This document shows positions 39,291-56,515 of a stretch of DNA of 64,000 nucleotides, piece after piece (the stretch's first letter is position 1; the number at the start of each line of letters is the position of its first letter). The notes below the pieces were generated by a model. It had not been told where the DNA came from. It saw only the letters and a list, made by a program, of their open reading frames with translations, and ran no database searches. A program made the translations under genes and the position numbers. Origin of the DNA: the human T2T-CHM13v2.0 reference genome, Homo sapiens. The DNA is taken from the NCBI RefSeq assembly GCF_009914755.1, contig NC_060934.1; one strand, 5' to 3'.

Positions 39291-40298
39291 ATGGGGAAAA
39301 AACAGAACAGAAAAACTGGAAACTCTAAAAATCAGAGCGCCTCTCCTCCTCCAAAGGAACGCAGCTCCTCACCAGCAACGGAACAAAGCTGGACGGAGAA
39401 TGACTTTGACGAGCTGAGAGAAGAAGTCTTCAGACGATCAAAATACTCTGAGCTACGGGAGGACATTCAAACCAAAAGCAAAGAAGTTGAAAACTTTGAA
39501 AAAAATTTAGAAGAATGTATAACTAGAATAACCAATACAGAGAAGTGCTTAAAGGAGCTGATGGAGCTGAAAACCAAGGCTCGAGAACTACGTGAAGAAT
39601 GCAGAAGCCTCAGGAGCTGATGCGATCAACTGGAAGAAAGGGTATCAGCAATGGAAGATGAAATGAAGCGAGAAGGAAAGTTTAGAGAAAAAAGAATAAA
39701 AAGAAAGGAGCAAAGCCTCCAAGAAATATGGGACTATGTGAAAAGACCAAATCTACATCTGATTGGTGTACCTGAAAGTGATGGGGAGAATGGAACCAAG
39801 TTGGAAAACACTCTGCAGGATATTATCCAGGAGAATTTCCCCAATCTAGCAAGGCAGGCCAACATTCAGATTCAGGAAATACAGAGAACGCCACAAAGAT
39901 ACTCCTCGAGAAGAGCAACTCCAAGACACATAATTTTCAAATTCACCGAAGTTGAAATGAAGGAAAAAATGTTAAGGGCAGCCAGAGAGAAAGGTCGGGT
40001 TACCCTCAAAGGGAAGCCCATCAGACTAACAGCGGATCTCTCGGCAGAAACCCTACAAGCCAGAAGAGAGTGGGGGCCAATATTCAGCATTCTTAAAGAA
40101 AAGAATTTTCAACCCAGAATTTCATATCCAGCCAAAGTAAGCTTCATAAGTGAAGGAGAAATAAAATCCTTTACAGACAAGCAAATGCTGAGAGATTTTG
40201 TCACCACCAGGCCTGCCCTAAAAGAGCTCCTGAAGGAAGCACTAAACATGGAAAGGAACAACTGGTACCAGCCGCTGCAAAATCATGCCAAAATGTAA
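39291..40298 (+). pseudogene. L1 ORF1p, disrupted
   Basis: MGKKQNRKTGNSK... ends at a premature TGA (39618-39620, CGA>TGA); resumes as MEDEMKR (9-nt in-frame loss vs consensus MEDEMNEMKR) and runs to ...QNHAKM* at 40298. Confidence 0.93.
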
Positions 40299-40361
40299 AG
40301 ACCATCGAGACTAGGAAGAAACTGCATCAACTAACGAGCAAAATAACCAGCTAACATCATA

Positions 40362-44152
<3,791 letters not shown>

Positions 44153-45283
44153 ACAATGAGAACACATGGACACAGGAAGGGGAACATCACACTCTGGGGA
44201 CTGTTGTGGGGTGGGGGGAGGGGGGGGAGGGATAGCATTGGGAGATATACCTAATGCTAGATGACGAGTTAGTGGGTGCAGCACACCAGCATGGCACATG
44301 TTTACATATGTAACTAACCTGCACAATGTGCACATGTACCCTAAAACTTAAAGTATAATAATAATAAAAAAAAAAGAAAAACATCATAGAGGTGAACTGA
44401 AACCACTACGCTCTTCCAGATGTATTCTACCTCATGGTAAACATTGGGGATATCATTTTTCCTGACTCTGCAATGAGGGGATCTTTTTCCTTCATGGCTA
44501 AAATTGCAGTGTTTGTCATGCTTGGCTTCAGTGTGAAGTTAGGGTGATAAAGCAGGTTCATTTTGCTTGGCTTCTGAGAATGGTGGCTTTTCCCCTTTTT
44601 TTTTTTGTTCCCCAAAGAGGTAGAGTTCCCATGATAGAACACATATTGTAATTACCATAGTTTTCTTCAAGATCTGGCCTGTATTCACCTCATCCGTGAA
44701 TTTCACATCAGACACTGGTCTTGAAGTCTCTGAACTCTGCAAGTCACTTGCTGTGTGTCACCGCACTGGGGAGAGATGACACCTGGCCTGTCATCATTAG
44801 GGACCACTTGTGGCCCAGGGAGCATTCTTGTCAGACTTAGAGTTATAACTTGGCCATGAAGGAAACGTGACAGGGTTTTCTTAGCCTCCCACTTGGTGCT
44901 CACCTTTCATAGGGAGAGTGTGAGACATAATCCTGCTGCTTGGCTTCCCCCACAGAGAACAAGTGGTCATTCCGCCTTTCCTCGCTGCAGCCCTCTTGAG
45001 GAGGAGCGGAGAGGCACGGGCTGCTGGTGGAGGGCGAGGGTGCCATCGCTCAGGAGTGCCTCTGAGCTGGTCAGTTTTCACCCTGAGCTTCTATGACAGT
45101 GGACACTGCCGAGGGGAGACTCATCTTGGTGACTCTGTGTGAATCTCCTCTGAATTCAGGGAGAGCTTCAGGGCATCTTCTGGGAACACCACCCTGTGTT
45201 GGAGAGGCAGTCCAGCCACTCAGAGGGTCAAATCAGTTTTCACAAGTAGTTTTTAAACAAAAGTTAAAAAAAGCAAACCAATA

Positions 45284-45578
45284 GGCTGGGCACAGTGACT
45301 CATACCTGTAATCCCCCAGCACTTTGGGAGGCTGAAGCAGGAGGATCACTTGAGCCCAGGAGCTTGAGACCAGCCTGGGCAACACAGTAAGACTCTGTAG
45401 CTACAAAAAATAAAAAAATTAGCCAGGCTTGTGGTACATGCCTGTAGTCTCAGCTCCTCAGGAGGCTGAAGCAGGAGGATCGCTTGAATCCAAGAAATTG
45501 AGGCTGCAGTGAGCCATGATTGCACTACTGCACTCCAGCCTGGGTGACAGCGCAAGACCCCATCTCAAAAACAAAAAA
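45284..45578 (+). mobile_element. Alu (AluJ-like)
   Basis: ggctgggcacagtgactcatacctgtaatc...cttgagcccaggagcttgag...; flanking CAAACCAAT duplicated. Confidence 0.92.
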
Positions 45579-47149
45579 ACAAACCAATGAAAGTGTTTAC
45601 AGTGCATAAAACTCAGAAAACAATCACATTATTCAAAGATAACCAAATATTGGTGTATATTCTTTTGATGTATTTTCTATGCCTACACATATTTTCCCCC
45701 AAAAGGGTATCATAATGCTTTCGTCACCTAATGACATACGGTACATCGGTTTCCGTGTCAATAAAATATTCTTCATGTGATTTTTAGATGGTATGATAGC
45801 ATTTCACCATCCAAATGATAGTACTATTATTTACTATTAAAAGTGTCCCATTATTGGAGGCTGTCCCTTAGAATCTGTGATATCCCCATTATTAACAACT
45901 TTGAGGGCTTGTGAACATAACAGCATAGAACCCCAATCTGCAGGCAGTTAGGGGATTGTCTTCCAGGACATTCTTGGACTTAGGAGCAGGATCTCAATTC
46001 TCCAAGAAATGACAGTCTTGTGTTATTTTGGTTCCAAACAGGAAAGCTTCACATTTTTTGATTGTGGTGTTCCATAAACCTCTACTGATGTATTTTAGTA
46101 ATAAAAGTGGGTCTTAAAGAAAACTGGTCTGGTAGATGAGTCTCAGTTGGGCATGAAGGGAATAAGGTAGTAGTCGCTAGTCCAGATGCTGTCTGAGGCC
46201 AAGGATTGATTTTCTGGTGTCACCTTGCTAGCATGTGGGAACTGCATGCATGATGTGTTTCCACTGCTGCTTTTCTAGGGGACTATGTGTTAAGTTTCTT
46301 GGACATTAAAAGCATCCATCCTGGTTAGGATTTTATATTTGCCCTCATTTTGATATGCAAAAGCCCTCAAAACATTTAGTAACGCATTTGTTATTTAACC
46401 CCTTTTATATCCTAGTTGAGCAGGAAACCTCCTTGCAGAGTCATTTTCACCATGAAATTTCTTGACTAACTGTAGTTCAAATTGAAGCAAATTCAAAAAA
46501 TTCAGTGTCTCTTCCACCCATCTTTCTCCTTCCATCAAACCCCCTTAATAGCTTTGACTCTGAAATTATTGTGTAATGTTAACAGAAGTTATATAATACA
46601 AGAAGGATCAGATAATTGAAGTAGCATCTGTTTAAGATTCAATAGATGTTTCTTTAATCAGGTACTCCGGGAGAAGTTAGGAACTGGCCCAGTAGCCATT
46701 GGCTGATGTAGGAAAAAAATCACCACACTTCAGAAGTTTGCTCAGGATAAATCTCTTTGTGGATAAGTGATTAGGTGTTGCCTCCAGTGTATATTTATTT
46801 TACCATCCTTTTCTTTCTTTCACTTTATCTTTGATTGATTATTAACACTAAGGATAGCCCCTTCTGTTTTTCTTAGTGTTGATTAGGTTTCTCTGCAAAT
46901 TTATTGAAATAATTGAACCCAAGAAGTTTTATTCTGACTCTCTAAGTTGGTTTGAAGACCATTCTGGCTTTCCAGTAATTTTGATCTCTTTCCTTCCCTA
47001 ACTTAATTCTTCTGTTTTGCTTATTTTCTATGGAATCAGTTTTTTGTTTTTTGTTTTTTAAACTGGAAAAACTCTTCTGTGATGGCATTCTAAGTTGTTT
47101 ATACCATCCTGACAAGTTGTAGACCTTGGAGCTTGTTCTAAGAGTTCTA

Positions 47150-47347
47150 AGATTGCAAAATCAAATGCTTGTGAAGACCTGCCAGTAAAGCAGAGAGGGG
47201 TGGTCACTGGGGAGCTGGAGTCTTATGTCCCATAAGGGACACAGCCACTGTGAAGGGGTCACAGCTGCTTGGCTTCAGCCAGTTGTGTCCACTGGGGTGG
47301 GGGCTCAGTGTTGCCAAACGATCTGATTTCTCAAGGGAAGCTGGAAA

Positions 47348-47407
<60 letters not shown>

Positions 47408-47527
47408 GTGTTTGAAATCTCTTGATTTTTATATGTTGTCTTAAATGTTTTTTAAAAAGTAGGGATCAAACAAAACATGTCTGGGGCCCAGATTAGGTCC
47501 ACAAATGGCCGATGTGTAGCTTTTGCT
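47150..47527 (+). mobile_element. MER102-like hAT relic containing (GT)27
   Basis: gcaaaatcaaatgc...cagtgttgccaaacgatctgatttctcaagggaagctggaaat...caaacaaaacatgtctggggccc. Confidence 0.6.
47351..47404. repeat. (GT)27 microsatellite
   Basis: Perfect run, read directly. Confidence 0.98.
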
Positions 47528-48006
47528 CTAAGGGACAAGTTTTGCTTTTTCAGAAAATAATTAAGCAGAGTATGTGGATGCTGATTCGCCCTAACGAGTT
47601 GAGATATTCCTATTTTAATCACCTTGAATAAGGAACTACCATGTACTTGACTGTAATGTTTCGATGAATCTGTTGTAGCACATAACTCTCTTTAATCACA
47701 TGCCATAACTCTGTCCTGCTATTTTATAGTATATTGGGTGCAGAGCAGAATTTTTTCAGGAGAAAGTGGAGTTTTTCTTAGGCTAATAGATGTCTAGCCA
47801 ACTGTCTAATTTTTATGTATGACTTTCATATTTCTAAATAGCAGTGTTCTGAATTGAACCAAAAGAATCTATTAACATAATAGCTATAGGTTTCCAGAAT
47901 CCTTGAATGTATTAGCAATTTAAAGTTGAAAAATAATTGAGTCAATCTTGATTCCTCTTAGTTATCAGATGGTTTATTCATATAATTTATTTTCCTTTCT
48001 TTAAAG

Positions 48007-48081
48007 ATTTGAACATGGAATTCAATCCTTCAGATCATCCTCGGGCCAGCACAATATTCCTCAGTAAATCTCAGACGGACG
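48007..48081 (+). CDS. CCNY: Cyclin Y internal coding exon (exon 2 of the canonical transcript), 75 nt, phase 1-1, codons D52-V77
   Basis: Acceptor ttttcctttctttaaAG ends at 48006; donor GTAGGT at 48082. Translation (G|AT)[25 protein letters not shown]-(G|) matches my recollection of human CCNY residues 52-77; the paralog CCNYL1 differs in the DLNMEF segment. Internal ATG at 48015-48017 (AACATGG). The next exon was not found in the window. Confidence 0.95.
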
Positions 48082-49103
48082 GTAGGTCCTTAATTTATGT
48101 TTCTTTTTGTAAAAAAGGCTCATGTTGGTACTTCGCCTAGTGTTGATTTCCCACAGGATTTAATTTTCAATATGAAATAGAGTCCCTTTAGTGACCCACA
48201 CATATACTGTTTAATGGTAGTTCTCTTGGGATTTTTTTCTTTTGCAGTGTTATGTTTTTAGAATTTCCTATTTGAAGCATCTATCCTCATTTTGTCAATC
48301 AGCTATATTATTTCTACATACATTGTGTCATGGGAGTTTCTGCCCTAAGAGTCAGAAATTTTCCTTTTAGAATTGATATTTGCATAATTTCTCATAAGAT
48401 CAGAAGTATTTGTTAATTTAGACAGTATGTAAAAGAAAGCAAAATATAATCCTTAAATAAAAGTACCACCAACTAGCTCTGTTGTGTCAGTTGAGAGCTG
48501 AATTGAACCCATACTGTAGGTGCAGATGTTTTCTTTCTCTTTTTTTTTCCACCTCTATAATAATAACAACCATATCTAAGTTTATTCTTGTAGATCGTAC
48601 CATCTTTATGGTTCATCCCAGGTGTGTGTGGGATTTCTTCTAGGAGTTTTCTCTCTTTTCAGCCCCCTCCCTGGGCATTGGCTGCAGAGGAGAGAGAAGA
48701 TAAAACTTATACAATGTGGCAAACACACATCTTCATTGGATTCCTATAGAAAAAGGTGGCAGGAGAAACTCGTTAAATGATGATATCATGACCAGGATAT
48801 TACTTTAGGATGCTGGAGTCCTACATGATTCTATCCCTAACTTTTTGGGCAATTGCTAAGCTTTAATTCAGAGAAGATCCTAAATGGACTAGAAAATAAC
48901 CAAACATGTTTAAGATAGTAAGTTCATAAATGAGAATTGATAACACTTCAGTAACGATTAGGTAACAATTTTGGCAAGGTATAGTGCTGATTTAATGTTA
49001 TTGGGAATCTTTAGTTAGGCAAGCCACTGACTGGATTTGAAAGTTTGATGTGTTTATGAAAAGTAAACGTTTCCAAGAATAAATTAGTATAGGCATCTAG
49101 TAT

Positions 49104-49168
49104 TTAGGTTGGTGCAAAAGTAATTTCAGTTTTTGCCATTAAAAGTAATGGCAAAACTGAAGTAAGTT
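49104..49168. mobile_element. MADE1 (Hsmar1-derived MITE), right terminal repeat truncated
   Basis: TTAGGTTGGTGCAAAAGTAATT...TTTTTGCCATTAAAAGTAATGGCAAAA. Confidence 0.88.
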
Positions 49169-49324
49169 TTTGGTGTGCTGGATACAAAAGAAACATTTTT
49201 TTCCTCTGGTGAAGCAGGAAGCCATTGGGAGGGGTGGGATAATACAAAGGAAGGAGAGTGGTAGTGAAGATGGGTGTTTGGAACCATGAAAAAAGAGGGT
49301 CAAAACCAAGTTTTGCAGACACTG

Positions 49325-49370
49325 ATAGTACTATAAAAACAAGAAACATAGTACTATAAAAACAAGAAAC
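49325..49370. repeat. Perfect 23-bp tandem duplication ATAGTACTATAAAAACAAGAAAC x2
   Basis: Copies at 49325-49347 and 49348-49370. Confidence 0.95.
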
Positions 49371-50046
49371 AAAGCTGGCTTACTTTCGGGTTTCATTCTT
49401 GCTTCTTGTGAACTCAGAGTGCAGACCAACTTCATTCAGAAGATGTGCTAACAAGATTCCCATGAAATTGCATTAGGCCTCTAAGTGGATTTCCCATACC
49501 TTGGTTGTCCTGGTAGAAGGAAACTTGACCTAAGTCAGGGTTGTTCCAGACTTAGCTTAGGGAACTGTATCTTCCCTCGTCACCTTTGCACTAGATATCA
49601 TTCCCTTTCCTCTTCTGGAACATCAGGGCATCAATTACTCTGACCCCTCTGTTTATTGCTTCAGTTTCTCTTTAAATGCTTGATCTTTCTACTCAACATG
49701 TAAACATAAATGAGTCTCATAGAAAAAGGGAAAGTAACCAATACCTCTCTTCAGGTGAAAGCTTCTATGCCATTTCTACCTCTCTCCCTGTCCACTCTCC
49801 CATTGGGATCTTCCTCCTATCCCTGCCATTCTGTGGAGCATAGCAGTAGAGTGACCTAAGGACATTTTCTCTTCTTGGGCTATTGCCCATGTATGTGGCA
49901 CTTGCTGTCACCAAGAATTCCGTGCTTTTTAAAAACTTTTTGGCCTTCTGTTTTCAGATGGGCAGTTTGCTGAAATTAAGTGCTTCTAATGAACAATTGC
50001 TTTATAAATAATTAGAAAAAATCAATTTTAAAAATAGGTAGATTTG

Positions 50047-50355
50047 GGCTGGGCGCGGTGGCTCACGCCTGTAATCCCAGCACTTTGGGAGGCCAAGGCG
50101 GGTGGATCACGAGGTCAGGAGATCGAGACCATCCTAGCTAACATGGTGAAACCCCGTCTCTACTAAAAATACAAAAAATTAGCTGGGTGTGGTGGCGGGC
50201 ACCTGTATTCCCAGCCACTCAGGAGGCTGAGGCAGGAGAATGGCGTGAATCCGGGAGGTGGAGCTTGCAGTGAGCCGAGATTGTGCCACTGCACTCTGGC
50301 CTGGGCGACAGAGCGAGACTCCGTCTCAAAAAAAAAAAAAACAAAAAAAAAAAAC
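50047..50355 (+). mobile_element. AluY-like
   Basis: ggatcacgaggtcaggagatcgagaccatcctagctaac, ggcgtgaatccgggaggtggagcttgc; A-tail; GTAGATTTG duplicated on both flanks. Confidence 0.95.
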
Positions 50356-50808
50356 ACGTAGATTTGGTAACTTTAATGAATTCTTTAGTGACATGATAAT
50401 CAGAGAATTGGCTACTTGGTGAATTGGCTTTTGGCAAATTGGTCCTAAGAAATCCTGCCCTTCTGAAAGCTCCTCAGACATCTTCATAAACTTCTATTTG
50501 TCCCTCTAATGTAGTATTTCCCAGGGTCTCTTGTTTACCCTCTTATCTTTTTGGTTTGCACACAGTTCCTCATGGCATTTATGTCAACTGTCGTGTCTAA
50601 CCATATTTTTCTCTGTACTGTTCAAAACCCACGTATTCAGCTGCCTGCTGGACATCTTTACAATGAAGGCTGTAGGTTCCCCTGACTCAGTATGTCCCAG
50701 ACAGAACTTAAGAATTCCAGTTAACTTTCTGCATTTTCTACCCTGCCCAGGTCCCTAAGCCAAGGAGGGCTTTGGATTTTCGTAGACTCTCCTCTTCTCA
50801 CAGGTGGG

Positions 50809-50975
50809 CAGCGGTGCTGGAGATACATTTCTTCCCAGCTCCAGGTTCAGTGACATCATATTGGCGGCTTGAAATAGCCATAATCAGAGTATTTACACCA
50901 TGGAAATTGGTAAATGCTGCAAATCAGAGCATTTTTTAAACAGATGACTGTTAAACATTTACTAGTACACCATTG
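50809..50975 (+). mobile_element. MER63A-like hAT relic within L2 sequence
   Basis: ttcagtgacatcatattggcggcttgaaat...gagtatttacaccatggaaattggtaaatgctgcaaatcag...gttaaacatttactagtacaccattg. Confidence 0.75.
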
Positions 50976-50979
50976 CATC

Positions 50980-51700
50980 CAGGCATTCCAAGGTGTACTC
51001 AGTTTCACCTCTTACCCAGCCTTGAACCTGACCACTATTTCCTATTGCAGTTGCTGCCACCTTAGTTCAGACTCACAGTTCCCCACTTGTGTTACTGCAG
51101 CAGCCTCTAGACTGGACTCCCTGCCCTTGACCTTATCCCTCTCTAGTCCCTGGTCTGTGCTGCCGCTAGCTGACAGGACTTCCCGTGAATCAGATACGAT
51201 TGTGCCACTGGCTTCCTTAACCTTTCTCAAGGGCTCCCCAGTTGCTTTAGAGTTAAATTTCAAACATCTTAGCATGGAATATGAGGCCCATCGTGATCCA
51301 GCCTCTGCCTTCCTTCCCAGCCAACTTCCTCTCTTCTTTGTGTACTTCTGTGCTTCCGCCATACATACTGAATCACTTGCTTCCTCAAGTCTGCCACTTG
51401 CCTCACACCTGGATTTCTCCTTCCCTTTTTCACACAGCTGATTTCTTCTGTCCTCCAGGCTCCTCCTGCTGTCACTTCCTCCTTGAGGGTTTCTTTGATC
51501 CCTCAGCCTGGGTTGAGTGGGGCTTTGGTGAGCTCCCATAGGAGTAGCCTGTGGATCTTTCTTCATCATCAGAACCATACTGTGGAATTTAAAACGACCT
51601 TTTTGTCTTTGCCACCCGCTAGCCCCTAGAGGAAAAGGATCATGTGATATTGGATGTCAGTATTCCTTGTGCCAACCTGACTGGTTGAAAGAAGGAAGAT
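50980..51700 (+). mobile_element. L2 fragments
   Basis: ctggactccctgcccttgacc...aagggctccccagttgctttagagttaaatttcaaacatcttagcatggaatatgaggccc; approximate. Confidence 0.65.
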
Positions 51701-53599
51701 GACAAAACCAGGAAACATTCTTGATTTGATTGTGATAATTCGTCACTTGGATAAACTTATATTTCCATTACAAGACCACAACTGTGGGTCTTCTACCCTA
51801 TTTTTTTTCTAGTTGGAAGAAATATAGTCTGAGACAGTAAGGCATACTTCTATTAGAGTCTTTTCTTTTGAATCTGGTGATTTCTCCTCTTTCCTTCATT
51901 CAGGTTAATATACTTTGACAGTAGTTTAGATTTGATTTGTGGATAGGAAGCCATGATTGGGATGAGGACAGTCATGTTAGGGCAGCTGCTGCTTGGACCA
52001 CAGACATGCAGCTCCTGGGTCTTGACAGCTCCGTGTTTCTGCAGACCCCACATTCTCTTTCCCCTCAGCACTTCATGATGTGGGAAACAAGTTGTCGGCC
52101 ATGCATCCCACCTCCCAGCTGTTCACTAGACTGATTTAGATGGCACTTGCATGATGTCATCAGAGTTTTCGTGATTGCTGAATTCCTTTTCCTTCTGGAT
52201 ATCCAAGAGATTTAGGCTGGACGTGGAACTTTTTTCTTGTTCCAAGCAGGAGACTAGGAACTCCAACAAAACTGGTTAAGTAGCCTGCTCATCAGACCCC
52301 TCCAGAGGCTGAAGGTAAGGGTATTTTATCCAAAGCCAGAGTGACTGCTTTCTTTCTTCACACAAAGAGGATGACATTGCAGACTTTGTACAGGAGCCAC
52401 TCAGCAGAGAAGGGACCAAGAGTTCCTCATGGGGGTAGAGAAGTTTGCCAGGCCAGAGAGAAGTTAGGTTGCGAGACCTGCCATGGTTTTTCATGCTACT
52501 ATCATTACTTGTGGGGAAGAATTGTAGTTCCTCATGTCCTTTCCTTTTCTGTACTTATTTTAGTTCATCATTTTCAAAGATGTGAGAGCTTAATATTCTT
52601 AAATAATATGAGAAAGCAGCCAAGCCACATCTTTTTCCTTTTAATTAGTGTGATTTTTAGAGATTTATTGTCTTAACAAAGAATTTGGAGGAAAAAACCC
52701 TAAGTTTGCGGAATCTGTGTTTCTCAGGAGTCCCTTGAAATAATTAAAGGAATAAAAACTATCCATCCCTTGAGTGGCTTGAGCCAAAGTAGAAACATTA
52801 AAATTCAGAAATAAAAATATGATTCTTAGTTTTAGTTGCACAACCTTTTAGAAATACTGAAATTGAAAAAATATTCTGTGGCTGTCCTCATTGGGGTCGT
52901 GTTTTGGTTACCGGGCAGTGTTGAACTTTTGCGTGGTGAAACAACCACCCTTTTTGTCCTCCTCTTATCTAGCATTTAGGAGCAACTTTCCACTGCCCTG
53001 TCGGGATTGCTTTCCTCCGAGCGCTGCCATGGCCTTGCTGTCCTCACCTCACTTGCATTCCCAGCTGTCTTTGGCTCGTTCGTGTGTGCAGGTGTGCAGG
53101 TGCTGGGGTGCCCCTTTCTCCAGCTGCCCTCAGTTGCTCGGTGTGTCTCCTTCAGGGCATGTCAAGTGCCATAGGGAAGACCTAAGCTTACACCAGTGAT
53201 TTTCATGCTTTGTTCCTTTGCTTACATACTATGGAAAACAATTTTGAAAAACTGAAGTCCCTCAAGCATTTTTACGTTGACCTTAAAATTTTTTTACCCT
53301 ATCAAAGCACATAATTTCTGATGGATTATAAACGTTGATATTTTAAAATAAACTGGCCTTCTTTAACAAATATTTCAGATGAAATTTTAATACCAGAGTG
53401 ATTTGATACCCACCTTCAGTCCTTTAAAAATGTATGAACATGCTCCTAACAGTTGGAAATTTCATATCACTCCTTTATCATCTTGAACTTGTATTTCCAT
53501 ACTATTTTCTCCATAAAATGTTATACTAGTATAATGTATTTTGATTTTGAAAAGTCATTTATCACACTATCATATTCTTTTCTATAAAAATATGACCTA

Positions 53600-53761
53600 G
53601 GCCGGGCACGGTGGCTCACGCCTGTAATCCCAGCACTTTGGGAGGCTGAGGCAAGCGGATCACGAGGTCAGGAGATCGAGACCATCCTGGCTAACAGTGA
53701 AACCCTGTCTCTACCAAAAATACAAAAAACTAACTGGGCGTGGTGGCAGGTGCCTGTAGTC
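53600..53761 (+). mobile_element. AluY-like, 3'-truncated early in the right arm
   Basis: ggccgggcacggtggctcacgcc...gagatcgagaccatcctggctaac...gtgcctgtagtc, then an abrupt end with no tail. Confidence 0.92.
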
Positions 53762-53779
53762 TTACATTTTACCGGATAA

Positions 53780-54157
<378 letters not shown>

Positions 54158-56215
54158 AAGCCTTTGTTTTTATAGATGTAAGTGCTGAGGAACTTTGTTC
54201 ATCTATATAAATAGATGGAAATAGAAAGATTTTTATTATAGTCATATCATTGAATTCTTTCTACTCTGTCTAGTTTATATGTCGAAAAATCTCCAAGGGA
54301 TTTGTCAGCCAAAATAATTCCTAATAATCAGCTACAGTTCAGTTTTGTTCTCCTTCTATTTTATTGACAGTAGAGAATTGGAATCTATTTGATTTGCAAA
54401 AGAATTACTCAGTTAGAGGAGTCCCTCATTTTTACAGTTTCTGGGAAGTACATCAAAAAAGGTTTACCAAATGTAGCACATGACTTTCAATTATATCTAC
54501 TACTCTTTACATTTGGTGGCACCTAGTTTAACCTGATATCCTTGGGAGCTTTGGGAGAATAAATCTAGGCCTAATCTCAGAACACCTTCCCTGACTGCTG
54601 CCCCACCGCATTCTGCATGTCCCTCTGTCGCCGCAGAGGTCTTCAGCGTATCGTGATTTATTCCAAGTCTTCATGTTTATACATCTCTGCCATTCACAGT
54701 GCCAGGCCCATAGAAAGAACTCAAATATATGTTGAATGGAGGAACCCCCACCTGCTCTTTTCCTCTGAACTAATGTTTTCAGCTTCTCTTTTGATTTAAA
54801 TATATTTTCCTCAGAATGCTACAGGTTCTTCATATGACTTTGTTGGCAAAGCCAGGCATCATAGTCAATCCAGTCAGTCAAATCAGTCTTACATTATTTT
54901 TAATTATGTATTTCTTTATTTGTATTTTTGCCTATCACACCTGTTTCTTAGAATCAGTCTTACCTTCTGTGAGAAAAAGTCTGATTTTATTTTTGCAATT
55001 CACATAACATGTTAATGTGCATGCCCATGGCTGCCTTTGTGCTTCTGATCATAAATGGCCAGACAGGCGCAGGGGAGTGCACACCTAGGCAGCAGTCTGC
55101 GGTCCACTGCACCTTCCCGCCCTTCCCTGTGTCCTCCTGCACTGCTGCCCTCGCTGCTCCCCGAGCTTTGCTTGGGGGTCTAACGCCTGAAGAGGCAGGT
55201 CCTGTTGGAAACCATCCTCACTGTGATATCTGTAAACCCAGAGCCGGAAGTCTTTCCAGCACCCCTCCAGGGAAAGTCCATAGGACAAAGAAGCCTCCAG
55301 GTTGTGCCACAGGAGGCTGGCAGGAGATGAAAGACACATGAACCTGGATTGAAGGTGGTTACCACAACCCCAGTGGCTGCTTGTCTTTCCATCTGGTGCC
55401 CCTGGAGGTTTTCACACCAGGTCAGTGCAGGCCTCAGCTCAGGTGTGCCTGCCTTTCTTTGTGAAGTTGTGAGGGAGGAAGGTGGTTCCTGCATCACACC
55501 TCAGCCCATTTGAAGGTCTCTTTGAATACTTGGTTTGAGGACCTTTGCTCTAGTCTAGCCCTAAGTTACTTGTGACAGACCATTTCAATAAAAGAATTGC
55601 AAAAACTACTACCTCACCTGTCTTTCCCTCTAGTTTGGGGTGTGTGGAGGAGGGTGGGTACTCAAAAGCCATGAGTAGTTGAGTGTGCAGACAGGTCCAT
55701 TTGTGCGTGCTGGGCTGCCCATGCCCTTGCCAACCTGTGGCCACCCCAGTGGCAGGGAACCAGCCTCTGGCCTCCAGTTAGGCAAGGCTCTAGGACCCAG
55801 CTCTGCGTTAGGCCTTTGTCTTCCATTAGTGGGATTTATAGTCACATAATCTCTTGGGTCATAACTTCCTATAAATTGACAATGGACACACCTGTCTCCT
55901 TAGAAGATTGCTCTCCTGAAGCAGTAGGGTGAGTCCCAGGCACACAGCGAGCCCTCAGCAATGTCTGCTCATTGACTTGTGATGTAACAGGTACTTTGGG
56001 ATCCTCACTGGGGATCTCTTGAGCCAGCCTCTTCCAGGACCCCTGGCAAGAGGAGCCACCCCGTCCTGCCAGTGTAAGCATGTGTTCCAGAGATGTTTTC
56101 TGCCGCCTGGTAGACAGCCAGTCTGGAAATCGTACATGCTCCTTGGGGTTGGCATGTCCAAATCAGAAGTCAGCGTCTTTCCTCTCCTGCCAGCTTCCTC
56201 TCCCTTGTCACCTAA

Positions 56216-56515
<300 letters not shown>

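Noticed and set aside
50914-51578. Overlapping 175-aa (+) and 178-aa (-) ORFs
   Set aside because: Lie in MER63/L2 relic sequence; no coding signature.
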